Source of the DNA: an uncultured Ktedonobacterales bacterium | Lineage (GTDB): Bacteria; Chloroflexota; Ktedonobacteria; Ktedonobacterales; JADMIN01 | NCBI GenBank assembly: GCA_964427535.1 | Contig: CAYRVF010000006.1 | Span: 3,945-67,944, forward strand | DNA length: 64,000 nt | Reading direction: 5' to 3' | Shown: positions 36,031 through 45,835 of the stretch, one piece after another | Layout of the letters: each line of letters starts with the position of its first letter | How positions within the stretch are numbered: the first letter of the stretch is position 1 | Position numbers and translations under genes: made by a program | The notes under the pieces: model-generated | Seen by the model: only the letters and a program-made list of their open reading frames with translations | Told to the model about the DNA's origin: nothing | Database searches by the model: none

Positions 36031-37398
36031 TCAGCGTGTGTGACAGGCGCGCTGGTCGGCGATGAAACCGGCATACCAGAGGCCGCTGTCTTTCACAATG
36101 CGCCGCTGGGTTGCGTAGTCCACGTAGACCACGCCGAACCGTTGACTGTAGCCCCTATCCCATTCAAAGTTGTCGAACAGCGACCAGACGAAGTAGCCGG
36201 CGACAGGCACACCATGTGCCACGGCAGTGCCGACCGCCTCCAGGTGTTCGCGCAAATAGGCCACACGGCGCGGATCGCTCACGCGGCCGTTGCCGTTCCA
36301 CGTGTCTTCGAACGATGCGCCGTTCTCGGTGATGAGGATCGAGGAGACATGGCAGGTGCGCGTGATCTCCTCCAGAATGAGATTGAGGCCATGGGGAAAC
36401 ACCTCCCAGCCCATCGTCGTGATGGTAGCGCCTGGAGGACCGGGCATATACTCTAAACCCGCTGGAACACGATCGCGCGCGCCGTCGAGCTGAGGTTTCG
36501 CCCGCACGATCCACCGATTGTAGTAGTTGACGCCAAGGAAGTCGGTGGGCTCGCTGATGATCTCGAGGTCGCCATCCTGGATAGGTGGAGGCGCGACCCC
36601 CAGATCTTCGAAGAGGCCGGGAGCATACTCGCCCCGCGAGACCGGATCGAGAAACCACCGGTTGTGAAATCGATGGGCGCGCTCGACCGCGCGGAGGGTC
36701 TCGCCGCGCGCATCACCTGCGAAGATGGGGAACAGATTGAGCGCGATGCCCACACGCGCGCCCCCCTTCGCCGCTGCACGAATCCGTGGGACGGCGAGGC
36801 CATGTGACAGCAACAGGTGATGTCCCACGTCTACCGCCGCCTGGACATCGCCGCGAATGCCTGGCGCGTGCAGTCCCTCGACGTAGCCCAAGTAGGCGCT
36901 GCACCAGGGCTCGTTCTGGGTCACCCACCAGCGAATCCGGTCGCCGAGGCGCCCCGCGACGAGCTCCGCATAGTCCGCGAAGGCCCAGGCGGTATCGCGG
37001 TTTCGCCAGCCGCCGCGCTCATAGAGGGCGAGCGGCAGATCCCAGTGATAGAGGGTCGCGACCGGCTCGATGCCATGCGCGAGCAGGCAATCGACCAGGC
37101 GATCGTAGAACGCGAGCCCAGCGGGGTTGACCCGCCCTGTCCCCTCCGGCAGGATACGCGGCCAGGCGATGGAGAAGCGATAGGCATTCAGGCCGAGGCT
37201 GGCCATGAGCGCGACGTCTTGCTCCATGTGGTGATAGTGGTCGATGGCGACGTCGCCGGTCTCGCCGTTCCGTGTACGTCCGGGGAGCGCCGCGAACCGG
37301 TCCCAGGTCGATGGGCCGCGGCCATCTTCGTGCGCCGCGCCTTCGATCTGATAGGCTGAGGTCGCCGCGCCCCAGAGAAAATCGCGGGGAAAGGTCAT
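36031..37398 (-). CDS. GH1 beta-glucosidase
   Basis: Same frame as ORF 36031..37428; start ATG 37398. FPRDFLWGAATSAYQIEG, acid/base TQNEPW, nucleophile ITENGAS. Confidence 0.95.
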   Translation of the reverse strand: MTFPRDFLWGAATSAYQIEGAAHEDGRGPSTWDRFAALPGRTRNGETGDVAIDHYHHMEQDVALMASLGLNAYRFSIAWPRILPEGTGRVNPAGLAFYDRLVDCLLAHGIEPVATLYHWDLPLALYERGGWRNRDTAWAFADYAELVAGRLGDRIRWWVTQNEPWCSAYLGYVEGLHAPGIRGDVQAAVDVGHHLLLSHGLAVPRIRAAAKGGARVGIALNLFPIFAGDARGETLRAVERAHRFHNRWFLDPVSRGEYAPGLFEDLGVAPPPIQDGDLEIISEPTDFLGVNYYNRWIVRAKPQLDGARDRVPAGLEYMPGPPGATITTMGWEVFPHGLNLILEEITRTCHVSSILITENGASFEDTWNGNGRVSDPRRVAYLREHLEAVGTAVAHGVPVAGYFVWSLFDNFEWDRGYSQRFGVVYVDYATQRRIVKDSGLWYAGFIADQRACHTR

Positions 37399-37469
37399 GA
37401 TCGTTCCCTTCCAGGTGGTGTCTGCCACTGGTCGTCCGTGTGCCGCTCGCTGCGCGCGGGTCGCCCAGG

Positions 37470-38384
37470 CTAGCCGGTCACGCTGCCGAAAGCCAGGCCG
37501 GCACGCCAGTAGCGCTGCAGGAACAGGAACATTCCGATGAGGGGCAGCACGGCGATGAAGGACCCGGTCACGATCAGTCTGTAGAGCAGCTCGTGGGACG
37601 CCGGATCGAAGTTCCAGGTCGCCAGCCCAAGGTTGACGGGGAAGAGGCTGGGATCGGTGAGCACAATCAAGGGGAGGAAGAAGCTGTTCCAGATCGCGAC
37701 GAACTGAAACAGAAAGATGGTGACCATGCCTGGAGCGAGCAACGGAATCGCTATGCGCGCGAAGACCCGCAACTCACCCGCACCATCCACCCGAGCGGCG
37801 TCCAACAGCTCATTCGGGACCGCATCTGTCGCATAGACGCGTGCCAGGAAGACACCGAACGGGCTGAGCAGCGAGGGGAGCAGCACCGCCCAATAGGTGT
37901 TGGTCAGGTTGATCTTGCTCAGCACCATGAAGAGTGGCAGCGCAAGCGTAGTTTGGGGCACCAGCACCGCCCCCAACACCAGGCCGAAGATCGCATTGCG
38001 ACCGGTGAACCGATACTTCGCCAGCGCGTAGCCGCACATGACGGAGATGAGCATGCTGAAAAAGCCACCCACACCGGCGTAGAGGACGGTGTTCACGAGC
38101 CAGCGCGGGTAGGTGCCGCCGTCATGCGTGAACGTGTCAACCAGGTTCTGCCAGAGATTGAAGTGGGCGAACCAGAGCCCAAACGACGCGAACAGGTCGG
38201 TGTTGTCTTTCGTAGCAGCGAGGATGAGCCAGTACAGCGGTGTGAGGCAATAGACGGTCAGCGCGACGAGCACGACGTAGGCCATGAGGCTTCTCGATGC
38301 GAACGAGCGGATGCCTATCGGACGCCGCGCGCTGTCACCTTTCTGGGTCCGTTGCGAGTCCACGACGAGTGGCGCGTTTGCCAT
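37470..38384 (-). CDS. carbohydrate ABC transporter permease (MalG-like)
   Basis: Same frame as ORF 37470..38441. Start ATG 38384 lies 2 nt after the upstream permease stop. EAA-like loop AARVDGAGELRVFARIAIPL. Confidence 0.9.
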   Translation of the reverse strand: MANAPLVVDSQRTQKGDSARRPIGIRSFASRSLMAYVVLVALTVYCLTPLYWLILAATKDNTDLFASFGLWFAHFNLWQNLVDTFTHDGGTYPRWLVNTVLYAGVGGFFSMLISVMCGYALAKYRFTGRNAIFGLVLGAVLVPQTTLALPLFMVLSKINLTNTYWAVLLPSLLSPFGVFLARVYATDAVPNELLDAARVDGAGELRVFARIAIPLLAPGMVTIFLFQFVAIWNSFFLPLIVLTDPSLFPVNLGLATWNFDPASHELLYRLIVTGSFIAVLPLIGMFLFLQRYWRAGLAFGSVTG

Positions 38385-38386
38385 CT

Positions 38387-39358
38387 TCAGACTCCTAGCT
38401 GTCGGCGCGTGAGGCGCAGGAAGCCAAACGAGAAAATGCATGTCACGATGCCGAGGATCACGGCGATGGCTCCGCCGTAGTTGAAATCGGTGTTGACCAC
38501 CGCGACGTTATACGCGAATATATTCGGCGTGTACGAGGTCGTGATTGCTGAATTTGTCAGGTTTTTCAGGACCGTCGGCTCGTTGAACAACTGCAGGGTG
38601 CCAACAATCGAGAAGAGCATTCCGATGATGACAGCCGGCACGATCAAGGGCAGCTTGAGCCGCAGCGCGATCCCCGTTTCGGAGAGGCCGTCCAGCCGGC
38701 CAGACTCGTAGATTTCCTGGGGAATGCCCTGAAGCGCCGAATACAAGATGATCATGTTGTAGCCGGTGAATTCCCAGGTGGAGATATTCACGATGGACCA
38801 CAGTGTCTGGGATGGACCGAGAAAGGTCGGTGCCGGCAGGTGGAGGGCTGTGAATGCCTGGACGATTGGGCTGGACGTTGGACTATAGAAGAATCCCCAC
38901 ATAATGGCGGCAATCACGATAGGAACCGCATACGGAACGAAGAATGCAAGACGGAAGAAGTGCCGGAAGCGGATCACCGCCGAATCCATCAGCAGCGCCA
39001 ACACCAGTGCGACGATCATCATGATCGGGATTTGGACGGCCCCGAAGAGCAGCACTCGGCCGAATCCGCTCCAGAGGTTCGGATCATGCAGCGCGGCGAT
39101 GTAGTTCGCGGCACCTGCCCACTCAATTTGCGGCGGCCCGAACCCCAGGCCGCTACGATGTTCCGAGTAGAGACTTTGTGAGAAGGCATACAGAAGGGGC
39201 GCGACGAAAAACGCGGCGAAGAGGAGGAGAAACGGCAGCACAAACAGATAGGGAACGAGCAGGCGCGAGAACCGCCGAAATAGCATGGCCGGACCGCGCT
39301 GCCCGGCGCTCCCCGCGGATGCCATCCGCGATGCGTGAACGATCGTTTTCGGCTCCAT
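38387..39358 (-). CDS. carbohydrate ABC transporter permease (MalF-like)
   Basis: Same frame as ORF 38387..39544. ATG 39358 chosen (alternative 39325). EAA-like loop ESGRLDGLSETGIALRLKLPL. Six hydrophobic segments. Confidence 0.88.
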   Translation of the reverse strand: MEPKTIVHASRMASAGSAGQRGPAMLFRRFSRLLVPYLFVLPFLLLFAAFFVAPLLYAFSQSLYSEHRSGLGFGPPQIEWAGAANYIAALHDPNLWSGFGRVLLFGAVQIPIMMIVALVLALLMDSAVIRFRHFFRLAFFVPYAVPIVIAAIMWGFFYSPTSSPIVQAFTALHLPAPTFLGPSQTLWSIVNISTWEFTGYNMIILYSALQGIPQEIYESGRLDGLSETGIALRLKLPLIVPAVIIGMLFSIVGTLQLFNEPTVLKNLTNSAITTSYTPNIFAYNVAVVNTDFNYGGAIAVILGIVTCIFSFGFLRLTRRQLGV

Positions 39359-39640
39359 TGACGGCCGTCCTTCCCGACAAAGCAGCGCACGGTGCTGCTC
39401 GTGCTGACTGGCGCACAGCGGGTCGTAGATTGCGCATGAGCGCCACCCGAAGCGGATCATTGCGGGCGCCCACAGACGCCCAATGGAGATGAAGAAGCAG
39501 CGCCCGGTACCACTTAGCGTGTGAGGTACCGTTCTGTGAGGCAAGAGGCAGGTGGGAGGGGCGACGTGCCACCCCTCCCGCCCGTGGTTGTGAAGGAGCG
39601 CTCACGCTGATGAGTGCATCTTCACAGCCACAGCACACCG

Positions 39641-40945
39641 TCACGCGCCTTCCGCGTTGATGCCATTGCCCTTGAGATCGTTGAGGACCTGATTCTGGAG
39701 TTGGTCGAGCGCGGCGCTCAACGACGTATGGCTCGTGACGGCGGTACTGAAGTCATCGCCTTGCAGGTTCGTCACCGAGGTGAGGTCGGGTGGGAACAGC
39801 CACCCAGACTGGACAGTCTCCTTGACGAACACCTGGTCCACCACCTGGTTGCCATAGTACGCAACCGAGGAGTTCACCGCCGTGGAACGGGCTTGCATAT
39901 TCGACGGATACCAGCCGATTTGCTGTACGCCGATCTGAAGGCTCCCCTGGTTAGTGAGATACCACTGGGCGAACTCGTTGGCCTCTTTCGGGTGTTTCGT
40001 GCCGGAGATCACCGAGATGGCCGACCCGCCCCACATTGCGGTGGTACTCGCGCCCGCCGTCCACTGCGGCAGTGCAGCGACCGCCCAGTTGCCGGATTGG
40101 GTCTTCGCGTCGCCGGGGATCACGCCCTGGCCCCAGACCGCCGATGGCCAGGCTGCGATCGTCCCCTTATCGAGCCCTGCCGCCCAGTCGTTCCCGAAGT
40201 CGGCGACCGTGGAGACCAGGCCCTTGTCGAGGAGGTTCTGCCAGAAGTCGGCGACCTGCTTCGAGGCAGCGCTGTTGATGCTCACCTTCCAGGCCTTTTT
40301 GCCAGTGTCGATCGAGAACCACTGGACGCCAGCTTGCCACTCTAGGCCCTGGAACCAGCCTGTGCTCTGCGGCGGGAAGGCGGTGATGTAGTAGTCAGGT
40401 CCGAGCGCGTGGATCCTCGCGGCGTCCTGCGCGAATTCGTCCCAGGTAGCAGGCGGATTCGCGATTCCGGCCCTCTGGAAGATGGCTTTGTTGTAGAAGA
40501 GCGCCATCGGACCCGTATCCTGCGGATAGCCGTATTGGGCGCCGTTTTCGCCGGAAAGCGCCCAGGCGGCGGGGTCAAACTGACTCTGCACGCTGTTGGC
40601 GCCGTACTTCGAGATGTCTACCAACGCGCCATTGGCGACCATCGTCGGGATGTACTGGTACTCGATGAGCGCGACGTCCGGCGCGGTGCCGGCTCGCACG
40701 GAAGCGAGCACCTTCGGATAGTACTGGCCGAAGCCCGATGGCTCCCTATCATAGGTGACGTGGATATTGGGATGTGTCTGATTGAACAGATCCACCTGCT
40801 TCTGCTCCGGTGCATCGAAGCTCCAGAAGGTGAGATGGACGACTCCATTGCCGCTCGACGAAGACGTATTGCACGCGGACAAAATGGTGACGAGCCCAAG
40901 GATCAGCGCCAGGGTAAGTGATGCCCGTTTGTGCGTGTACCGCAC
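39641..40945 (-). CDS. sugar ABC transporter substrate-binding lipoprotein (family 1 SBP)
   Basis: Same frame as ORF 39641..40978. Start moved to GTG 40945 because AGGAGG lies 6 nt upstream. Lipobox LVTILSAC followed by a Ser-rich linker. Confidence 0.88.
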   Translation of the reverse strand: MRYTHKRASLTLALILGLVTILSACNTSSSSGNGVVHLTFWSFDAPEQKQVDLFNQTHPNIHVTYDREPSGFGQYYPKVLASVRAGTAPDVALIEYQYIPTMVANGALVDISKYGANSVQSQFDPAAWALSGENGAQYGYPQDTGPMALFYNKAIFQRAGIANPPATWDEFAQDAARIHALGPDYYITAFPPQSTGWFQGLEWQAGVQWFSIDTGKKAWKVSINSAASKQVADFWQNLLDKGLVSTVADFGNDWAAGLDKGTIAAWPSAVWGQGVIPGDAKTQSGNWAVAALPQWTAGASTTAMWGGSAISVISGTKHPKEANEFAQWYLTNQGSLQIGVQQIGWYPSNMQARSTAVNSSVAYYGNQVVDQVFVKETVQSGWLFPPDLTSVTNLQGDDFSTAVTSHTSLSAALDQLQNQVLNDLKGNGINAEGA

Positions 40946-41163
40946 GGTAGACCTCCTGACAGTGGATGAGTGGATCACGACAAGGATCCAGCTGTCGTAC
41001 CGCCTGCGCCGGGTGCAGGGATGTCCTCGCGGCAGCGCGCTGATCGGCCTGTGCGCCCGCGAGGACGTGCGTCAGGAAAACGAAGCGAGGGAATGCATAG
41101 CGACCCGAACGGGATAGCGCGAGACGCCGGTTCCTCCTCTCCCCTTCGTTCTGCGAATGCGCT

Positions 41164-41185
41164 ACCGTTACCGTTTCCGGAACCG
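41164..41185. promoter_or_regulatory. conserved 22-nt box upstream of the transporter operon (candidate LacI-type operator)
   Basis: ACCGTTACCGTTTCCGGAACCG is identical at 20 of 22 positions to the reverse complement of 42529-42550. Confidence 0.4.
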
Positions 41186-41279
41186 TTTACGGGGAGTATA
41201 GTGAGGCTCCGCTCGGTTGTCAAGCCTCTCTGCTAAAGTCGCCGGACGATGTGCGGGCCTATCGCGCGTGAGAGGCCAC

Positions 41280-42431
41280 CTAGTCGGCACTCACGCGAAC
41301 GTCCGGGCGCGGCTGGGGAAGCGGACCCCCCGACGATTCACGGACGATGAGCTCAGTGGGGAGCTGAATATGCACGGCGCGCAGTGCATCGCGGTCCGCG
41401 CGGGCATGACCCGCGTGGGTGACCTGGTCATACCAGCCACCATCGAAATCATGCGCGATCTCGGCCAGCGCGAGCAGCGTTTCCGCCGCGCGCTTGCCCA
41501 TCTCCTGGAAGGGCTGCCGCACGGTCGTAAGCGTGGGCCGCAAGGGTGCGACGAGGGCGATGTCGTCGAAGCCGACGACCGCCAAATCGCCCGGCACGCA
41601 GAGGCCCGCCGCGCGCGCCGCCTCCAGCACGCCATACGCCATCTGGTCGTTCCCGGCGAAGATGGCGGTCGGGCGGTCCTCCATGTCGAGCAGGCGGAAG
41701 GTAACAGCCTGGCCACCGGGAGTCGTGAAATCGCCCTGGGCGACGAGCTCGGGATCGAACGCGATACCTGCTTCCTCGAGCGCCTGCCGGTACCCGGCGA
41801 GGCGGTCATGGGAACACTGGTATTGTGCTGGGCCCTGGATGTGCGCGATTCGCCGGTGCCCGAGACCCAGCAGGTACCGCACCGCATCGTAGGCACCGAC
41901 GCGGTTGTCTGGTCCGATCCACGGGACGTGGCTGGGAAGCCGTTGGTCATCCAGAATGACCACGGGGAAGCCCTGCTCGTAGACCTCCAGCAGGTGATTC
42001 GATGCCTCACGCTCGACGGCGTCCGAGGATTCGACTGGGGCAATGCCATCCGGGTAGACCGCGATCAGGCCGTCGATGAGCTCGGTTGCCAGGATCCGGT
42101 CAATGAGCGCGCTGCGATCCGTGCGATGGCTGATACTATACAGCACGAGCTCGTAGGCGGTCTGTTCGATCACCTCAGCGATCCCCTGCAGGATATGCGG
42201 CATGAGCGGCCATGTCAGCGACGGCACCAGCACGCCGAAGAGCCGCGACCGCCCGCCAGCCAGCCGGGAAGCAGTCCCGCTCGGGACGTAGCGATGTTCG
42301 TTCACGATGCGCAGAATGCGCTCACGTGTCTCTGGATCAACGTCCGGCTTGTGATTGAGCGTCCGGGAGACGGTGGTTGTCGACACACCGGCGAGCCGCG
42401 CGATGTCACGTATGGTGAACTTGACCGGCAT
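41280..42431 (-). CDS. LacI-family transcriptional regulator
   Basis: Same frame as ORF 41280..42527; start ATG 42431. HTH TIRDIARLAGVSTTTVSRTLNHKPDV and a periplasmic-binding-protein-like effector domain. Confidence 0.92.
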   Translation of the reverse strand: MPVKFTIRDIARLAGVSTTTVSRTLNHKPDVDPETRERILRIVNEHRYVPSGTASRLAGGRSRLFGVLVPSLTWPLMPHILQGIAEVIEQTAYELVLYSISHRTDRSALIDRILATELIDGLIAVYPDGIAPVESSDAVEREASNHLLEVYEQGFPVVILDDQRLPSHVPWIGPDNRVGAYDAVRYLLGLGHRRIAHIQGPAQYQCSHDRLAGYRQALEEAGIAFDPELVAQGDFTTPGGQAVTFRLLDMEDRPTAIFAGNDQMAYGVLEAARAAGLCVPGDLAVVGFDDIALVAPLRPTLTTVRQPFQEMGKRAAETLLALAEIAHDFDGGWYDQVTHAGHARADRDALRAVHIQLPTELIVRESSGGPLPQPRPDVRVSAD

Positions 42432-42528
42432 GGTATACGCCTTTAGCAGAGAATCCGGGTGCTCCGTCGTGAGGACGACGAACGTCCCGTGGTGCATCTC
42501 TGTCAACAGAGGGTCAGGAGTCAGCATC

Positions 42529-42550
42529 CGGTTCCGGTTACGGTAACGGT
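42529..42550. promoter_or_regulatory. second copy (inverted) of the 22-nt box, upstream of the LacI gene
   Basis: CGGTTCCGGTTACGGTAACGGT. It contains the odd-centred palindrome GTTAC-G-GTAAC and lies 98-119 nt upstream of the lacI-type start codon. Confidence 0.4.
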
Positions 42551-42855
42551 TTCAAGCAATGGTAAAACCGGCCGAAGCCGTTGTCAAGGCTGTTTGCTCC
42601 CTGCCGACATCTCCGCTGGAGCGGAACACGCGCTGTTCTACCAAAGGGCCTCACACGCCCACGCCGGCGAGCACTCGTCGCCTTCCAACTGCCTTCTTCC
42701 AGGCACCTGGTAGGCTGCAGATGCGCTGTCGCGAGCGGCACTCGTACAGGCTACACGCTTTAGGCTCACTCTGTGCGAAGAAAGACGGGCGTTCACCTCG
42801 ATCCGGGAGATGGACTGGACGGACCGTGCCGCAGGCATTGCACAGGAGAGCAGGT

Positions 42856-44019
42856 ATGAACTTGGATTGGCGCACGAAGCTCATCCACCCACAAGTGACG
42901 GCTCCCGAAGGCTTTCGCTCGCTGGTGACACCAACCTACCGGGGCTCGACGACGCTCTTCGAGAGCGCGACCGACGTCACCGATGACTGGGACCAGACTC
43001 GCGTCCCCTACAGCTACGGGCTCTATGGCACACCAACGAGCTTCGAGCTTGCCGGGCGTCTAGCAGACCTCGAAGGCGGAACGCACTGCTTCCTGACACC
43101 CGGCGGTCAGGCGGCGATTGCCCTCATCTACTTCGCGTGCGTGCGTACGGGAGGCCATGTGCTCGTGCCTGAGAGCGCCTACGGGCCAAACCGGGCACTG
43201 GCCGGCCGCATGTTGGCACGGCTGGGCATCACCACCGAGTATTACGACCCAATGACCGGCGGCGAGATCCGCAGGCTGATCCGCGACACGACCCAGTTGA
43301 TCTGGTGCGAGAGCCCAGGGTCCGTGACGATGGAAGTGCAAGATGTGCCCGCCATCACGGCTGCCGCCCGGCACGCGGGTGTCGTCACGGCGATCGACAA
43401 CACCTATGCCGCCGGCGTGCTCTTCGACGCGTTCGCCCACGGCGCGGACATCACGATGCAGGCACTGACGAAGTACGTCGGCGGGCACAGCGATCTGTTG
43501 CTCGGCTCTGTCACAGTGCGAGACCCTGCGCTGTACGAGGCCGTTGGGGATGCGCATCAATTGCTCGGCATGGGCGTTTCGCCCGACGATTGCAGTCTGG
43601 CGCTGCGAGGGCTGCAGACCCTGGCGGTCCGGCTGAAGCAGCTGGAGGATGCCACGCTTGCGGTGGCGCGCTGGTTTGCCGAGCAGCCAGAGGTCGACTT
43701 GGTGCTCCATCCAGCGCTTCCCACATGCCCAGGTCACAAGTTCTGGCAGCGCGACTTCAGCGGTTCTGCGAGCGTCTTCTCCGTCGTCTTCGCTGCAGCA
43801 GTTTCGTCAGACGCGATACTCCGCTTTGTCGATCGTCTCAGTCTGTTCAAGATCGGCTACAGTTGGGGCGGGGTGACGAGCCTGGTGATGCCACACTTCG
43901 ATCTGCGACGGACGTATCGCGCGTACGGCGACCGGCTCGTGCGCTTCAACGTCGGGCTGGAGACCGTCGACGATCTGCTTGCCGATCTGGAGCAGGCGTT
44001 CTCCGCCATTCGAGCGTGA
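42856..44019 (+). CDS. metC: cystathionine beta-lyase (Cys/Met-metabolism PLP enzyme)
   Basis: Same frame as ORF 42559..44019; start ATG 42856 (AGGAGAG upstream). MNLDWRTKLIH...TPTYRGSTTLF N-terminus. PLP-lysine context ITMQALTKYVGGHSDLLLGSV. Confidence 0.85.
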   Translation: MNLDWRTKLIHPQVTAPEGFRSLVTPTYRGSTTLFESATDVTDDWDQTRVPYSYGLYGTPTSFELAGRLADLEGGTHCFLTPGGQAAIALIYFACVRTGGHVLVPESAYGPNRALAGRMLARLGITTEYYDPMTGGEIRRLIRDTTQLIWCESPGSVTMEVQDVPAITAAARHAGVVTAIDNTYAAGVLFDAFAHGADITMQALTKYVGGHSDLLLGSVTVRDPALYEAVGDAHQLLGMGVSPDDCSLALRGLQTLAVRLKQLEDATLAVARWFAEQPEVDLVLHPALPTCPGHKFWQRDFSGSASVFSVVFAAAVSSDAILRFVDRLSLFKIGYSWGGVTSLVMPHFDLRRTYRAYGDRLVRFNVGLETVDDLLADLEQAFSAIRA

Positions 44020-44347
44020 GTGCGCCGCGTGGCGTGCGCCCAGCAAGACCCTTGCCTGCACCGTCATGCGGCCTGTGCATGCCTATAAAGGCCCATGGGT
44101 GCTGTTCGGGCGGACTGCCCGGGTGCACTGGTTGCTGCACGTCGCGCCATGCAGGCCTGGACTTCTCAGCCGGGGCGACCGTCTTCGTCGCCGTGATCGA
44201 CCCCATCGCCCCATGGGTGTGACAGAACAGCTGACATAGGCGACTCCGAAAATGGGGCGCTTTCGTATGCGCCTGTGCCATCTCTGCAGCTCTCTCCGCG
44301 ACAGGCTTGAGAATAGGCATGCGATGCAGCCATATCGGCGAAATGTG

Positions 44348-44560
44348 CTAGAAGAGGCGTTGACAAACACCCGGGATGTCTGGGCACGGGCACGCTCTTC
44401 CAATAGTCAAGTCGAAATCTGGCTTGCCAGAAGCCAGTTCGATAACAATTTCAAACTCTTCGTCCACGACGAGACCCGTATACGCGCCGTCGACCCAGAC
44501 GATGTCTTGCGCCTGATTCGGGACGTAGCTGCGTGTTTGCCAAGACTTCTCGATGCATCT
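44348..44560 (-). mobile_element. possible decayed IS5-family (DDE_Tnp_1-like) transposase C-terminal remnant
   Basis: Part of ORF 44348..44719. DIVWVDGAYTGLVVDEEFEIVIELASGKPDF resembles the W-x-D-x-G-Y-x-G-x-LV ... I-V ... G-F region around the second Asp of IS5-type transposases. An overlapping frame gives ARFRLDYWK, which resembles the RRL..DYE motif. No intact ORF and no terminal repeats were found. Locally lower GC. Confidence 0.25.
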
Positions 44561-45081
44561 GCTGACGCGATGCCTCATCCGACAGCGCCACTTGGCGCTC
44601 CCTGTGCCGCTGGCACCCGGTACATAGCGCGCACGAGGCAGACGTGCCATAGTGGTTTCCAGAAAGAGTGCTCCCCGGTCGCGCTGGCGTCGACGGCGCA
44701 CCATCCCCCGCTGCCTCACTCACCGCCCTACGGTGTCCCAGCAGTGGGCGCCCGTCCGGTATTCCCCCACTCCGCACACACCTGGCACCTTGTCCCGCCT
44801 GGCTGGTCGCAATACCCTCTCTGCCGTGTCTCGCGCACACTGGCCTGCCACCTGTGAGATCGGCGCCTCGCCTGCTGTCTATCGCCTGCGCGCGCCTTCG
44901 GCGCCCGACCAGGCTGTACGCGCTCGGTGGGCGCGAGGGGAACACGCCCTCCTGCACTGTGAGTCCACCTACCGGCCGAGGCAACCGCTCCTGCCGCGTC
45001 CTGAGAGGACAGTCTCCGAAGCCGCAGCTAACATACATGCGCGGCGCCACCTGGGCCGAGTTGGTCCCGAATGTTGGCCCG

Positions 45082-45639
45082 ATGTCCGCCGATGAGCTGA
45101 TGGAGCTTCCCGACGACGACTGGCGCTACGAGCTCGTGGCGGGACGGCGGGTGCGGCTCCCGCCCACGACGCTGCGCCACGACATAGTCGCGAGCAACCT
45201 GCTCTGGGCGCTGGCAACCTTCGCCGCGTACATGCGCCTGGGCAGCGTCACGCTCCCGGACACGGGATTCCTGATGAGCCAGCCTGGCCAGCCGGATACC
45301 GTCCTGGTCCCCGCCATCGCCTTCGTGCGCGCCGCGCGCATGCCTGTGGCTCTTGCCGCCACCGCGGCGACCGACTACATACTGCGCGTGGTACCCGATC
45401 TCGTCGTCGAGATCGCCGCACCCTACCAGCCGGGGGCCGCCTTAGCGGACAAGGCCGTCTGGTGGCTGGCGGCGGGCGTCGAGGCAGTATGGGCCATCTG
45501 GCCTGGGAGTGGCCGGGCCGACACGTAGCGCTCGGGCCCCGCGGGCTGCGCGCCTTCTATGCTGGCGATCCACAACCACCTCGACGGCCAGAACATCGTG
45601 CCCGGCGTCACGTATCTCGTCACGCGTCTCGTCTTGTGA
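45082..45639 (+). pseudogene. Uma2-family (DUF820) endonuclease gene interrupted by an in-frame TAG at 45526..45528
   Basis: In frame with ORF 44668..45528. MSADELMELPDDDWRYELVAGRRV..., PDLVVEIAAP...KAVWWLAAGVEAVWAIWPGSGRADT-[TAG]-RSGPAG...LDGQNIVPGVTYLVTRLVL. The post-stop segment supplies the usual Uma2 C-terminus (L.G..vlPGf.l.v..lf) in the same frame. Confidence 0.65.
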
Positions 45640-45835
45640 AGCGATGTGGTACACTAATGGCGCAGTTGATCGCGTATGCACGCTCAGCGTTTGTGCGGCC
45701 TCTGGGAGAGCATCCCCCATCGCTCGCCCCACGAATCCTCCGAGTGACGCGCACATTGACCGCCTGTGTTGTGTCCGTGTGTTGCGTTGGCGCCGCCACT
45801 CGAAGGCGGCCCCCATCTCGTGAAGGAGAGGCCTC

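Noticed and set aside
37440-38480. 346-aa plus-strand ORF
   Set aside because: Antisense to the MalG-like permease gene. Highly charged Glu/Arg/His composition typical of the mirror of a membrane protein gene.
42432-42855. Riboswitch (SAM/T-box) in the long region upstream of metC
   Set aside because: I could not find SAM-I, SAM-II or SAM-IV core motifs or a T-box sequence by eye. The region also has to hold the divergent lacI-type promoter and the 22-nt box. A covariance-model scan would be needed to be certain.
44252-44857. 201-aa plus-strand ORF in the gene-poor stretch after metC
   Set aside because: No ribosome-binding site and no motifs. It crosses a compositional boundary and overlaps the putative transposase fossil on the other strand.
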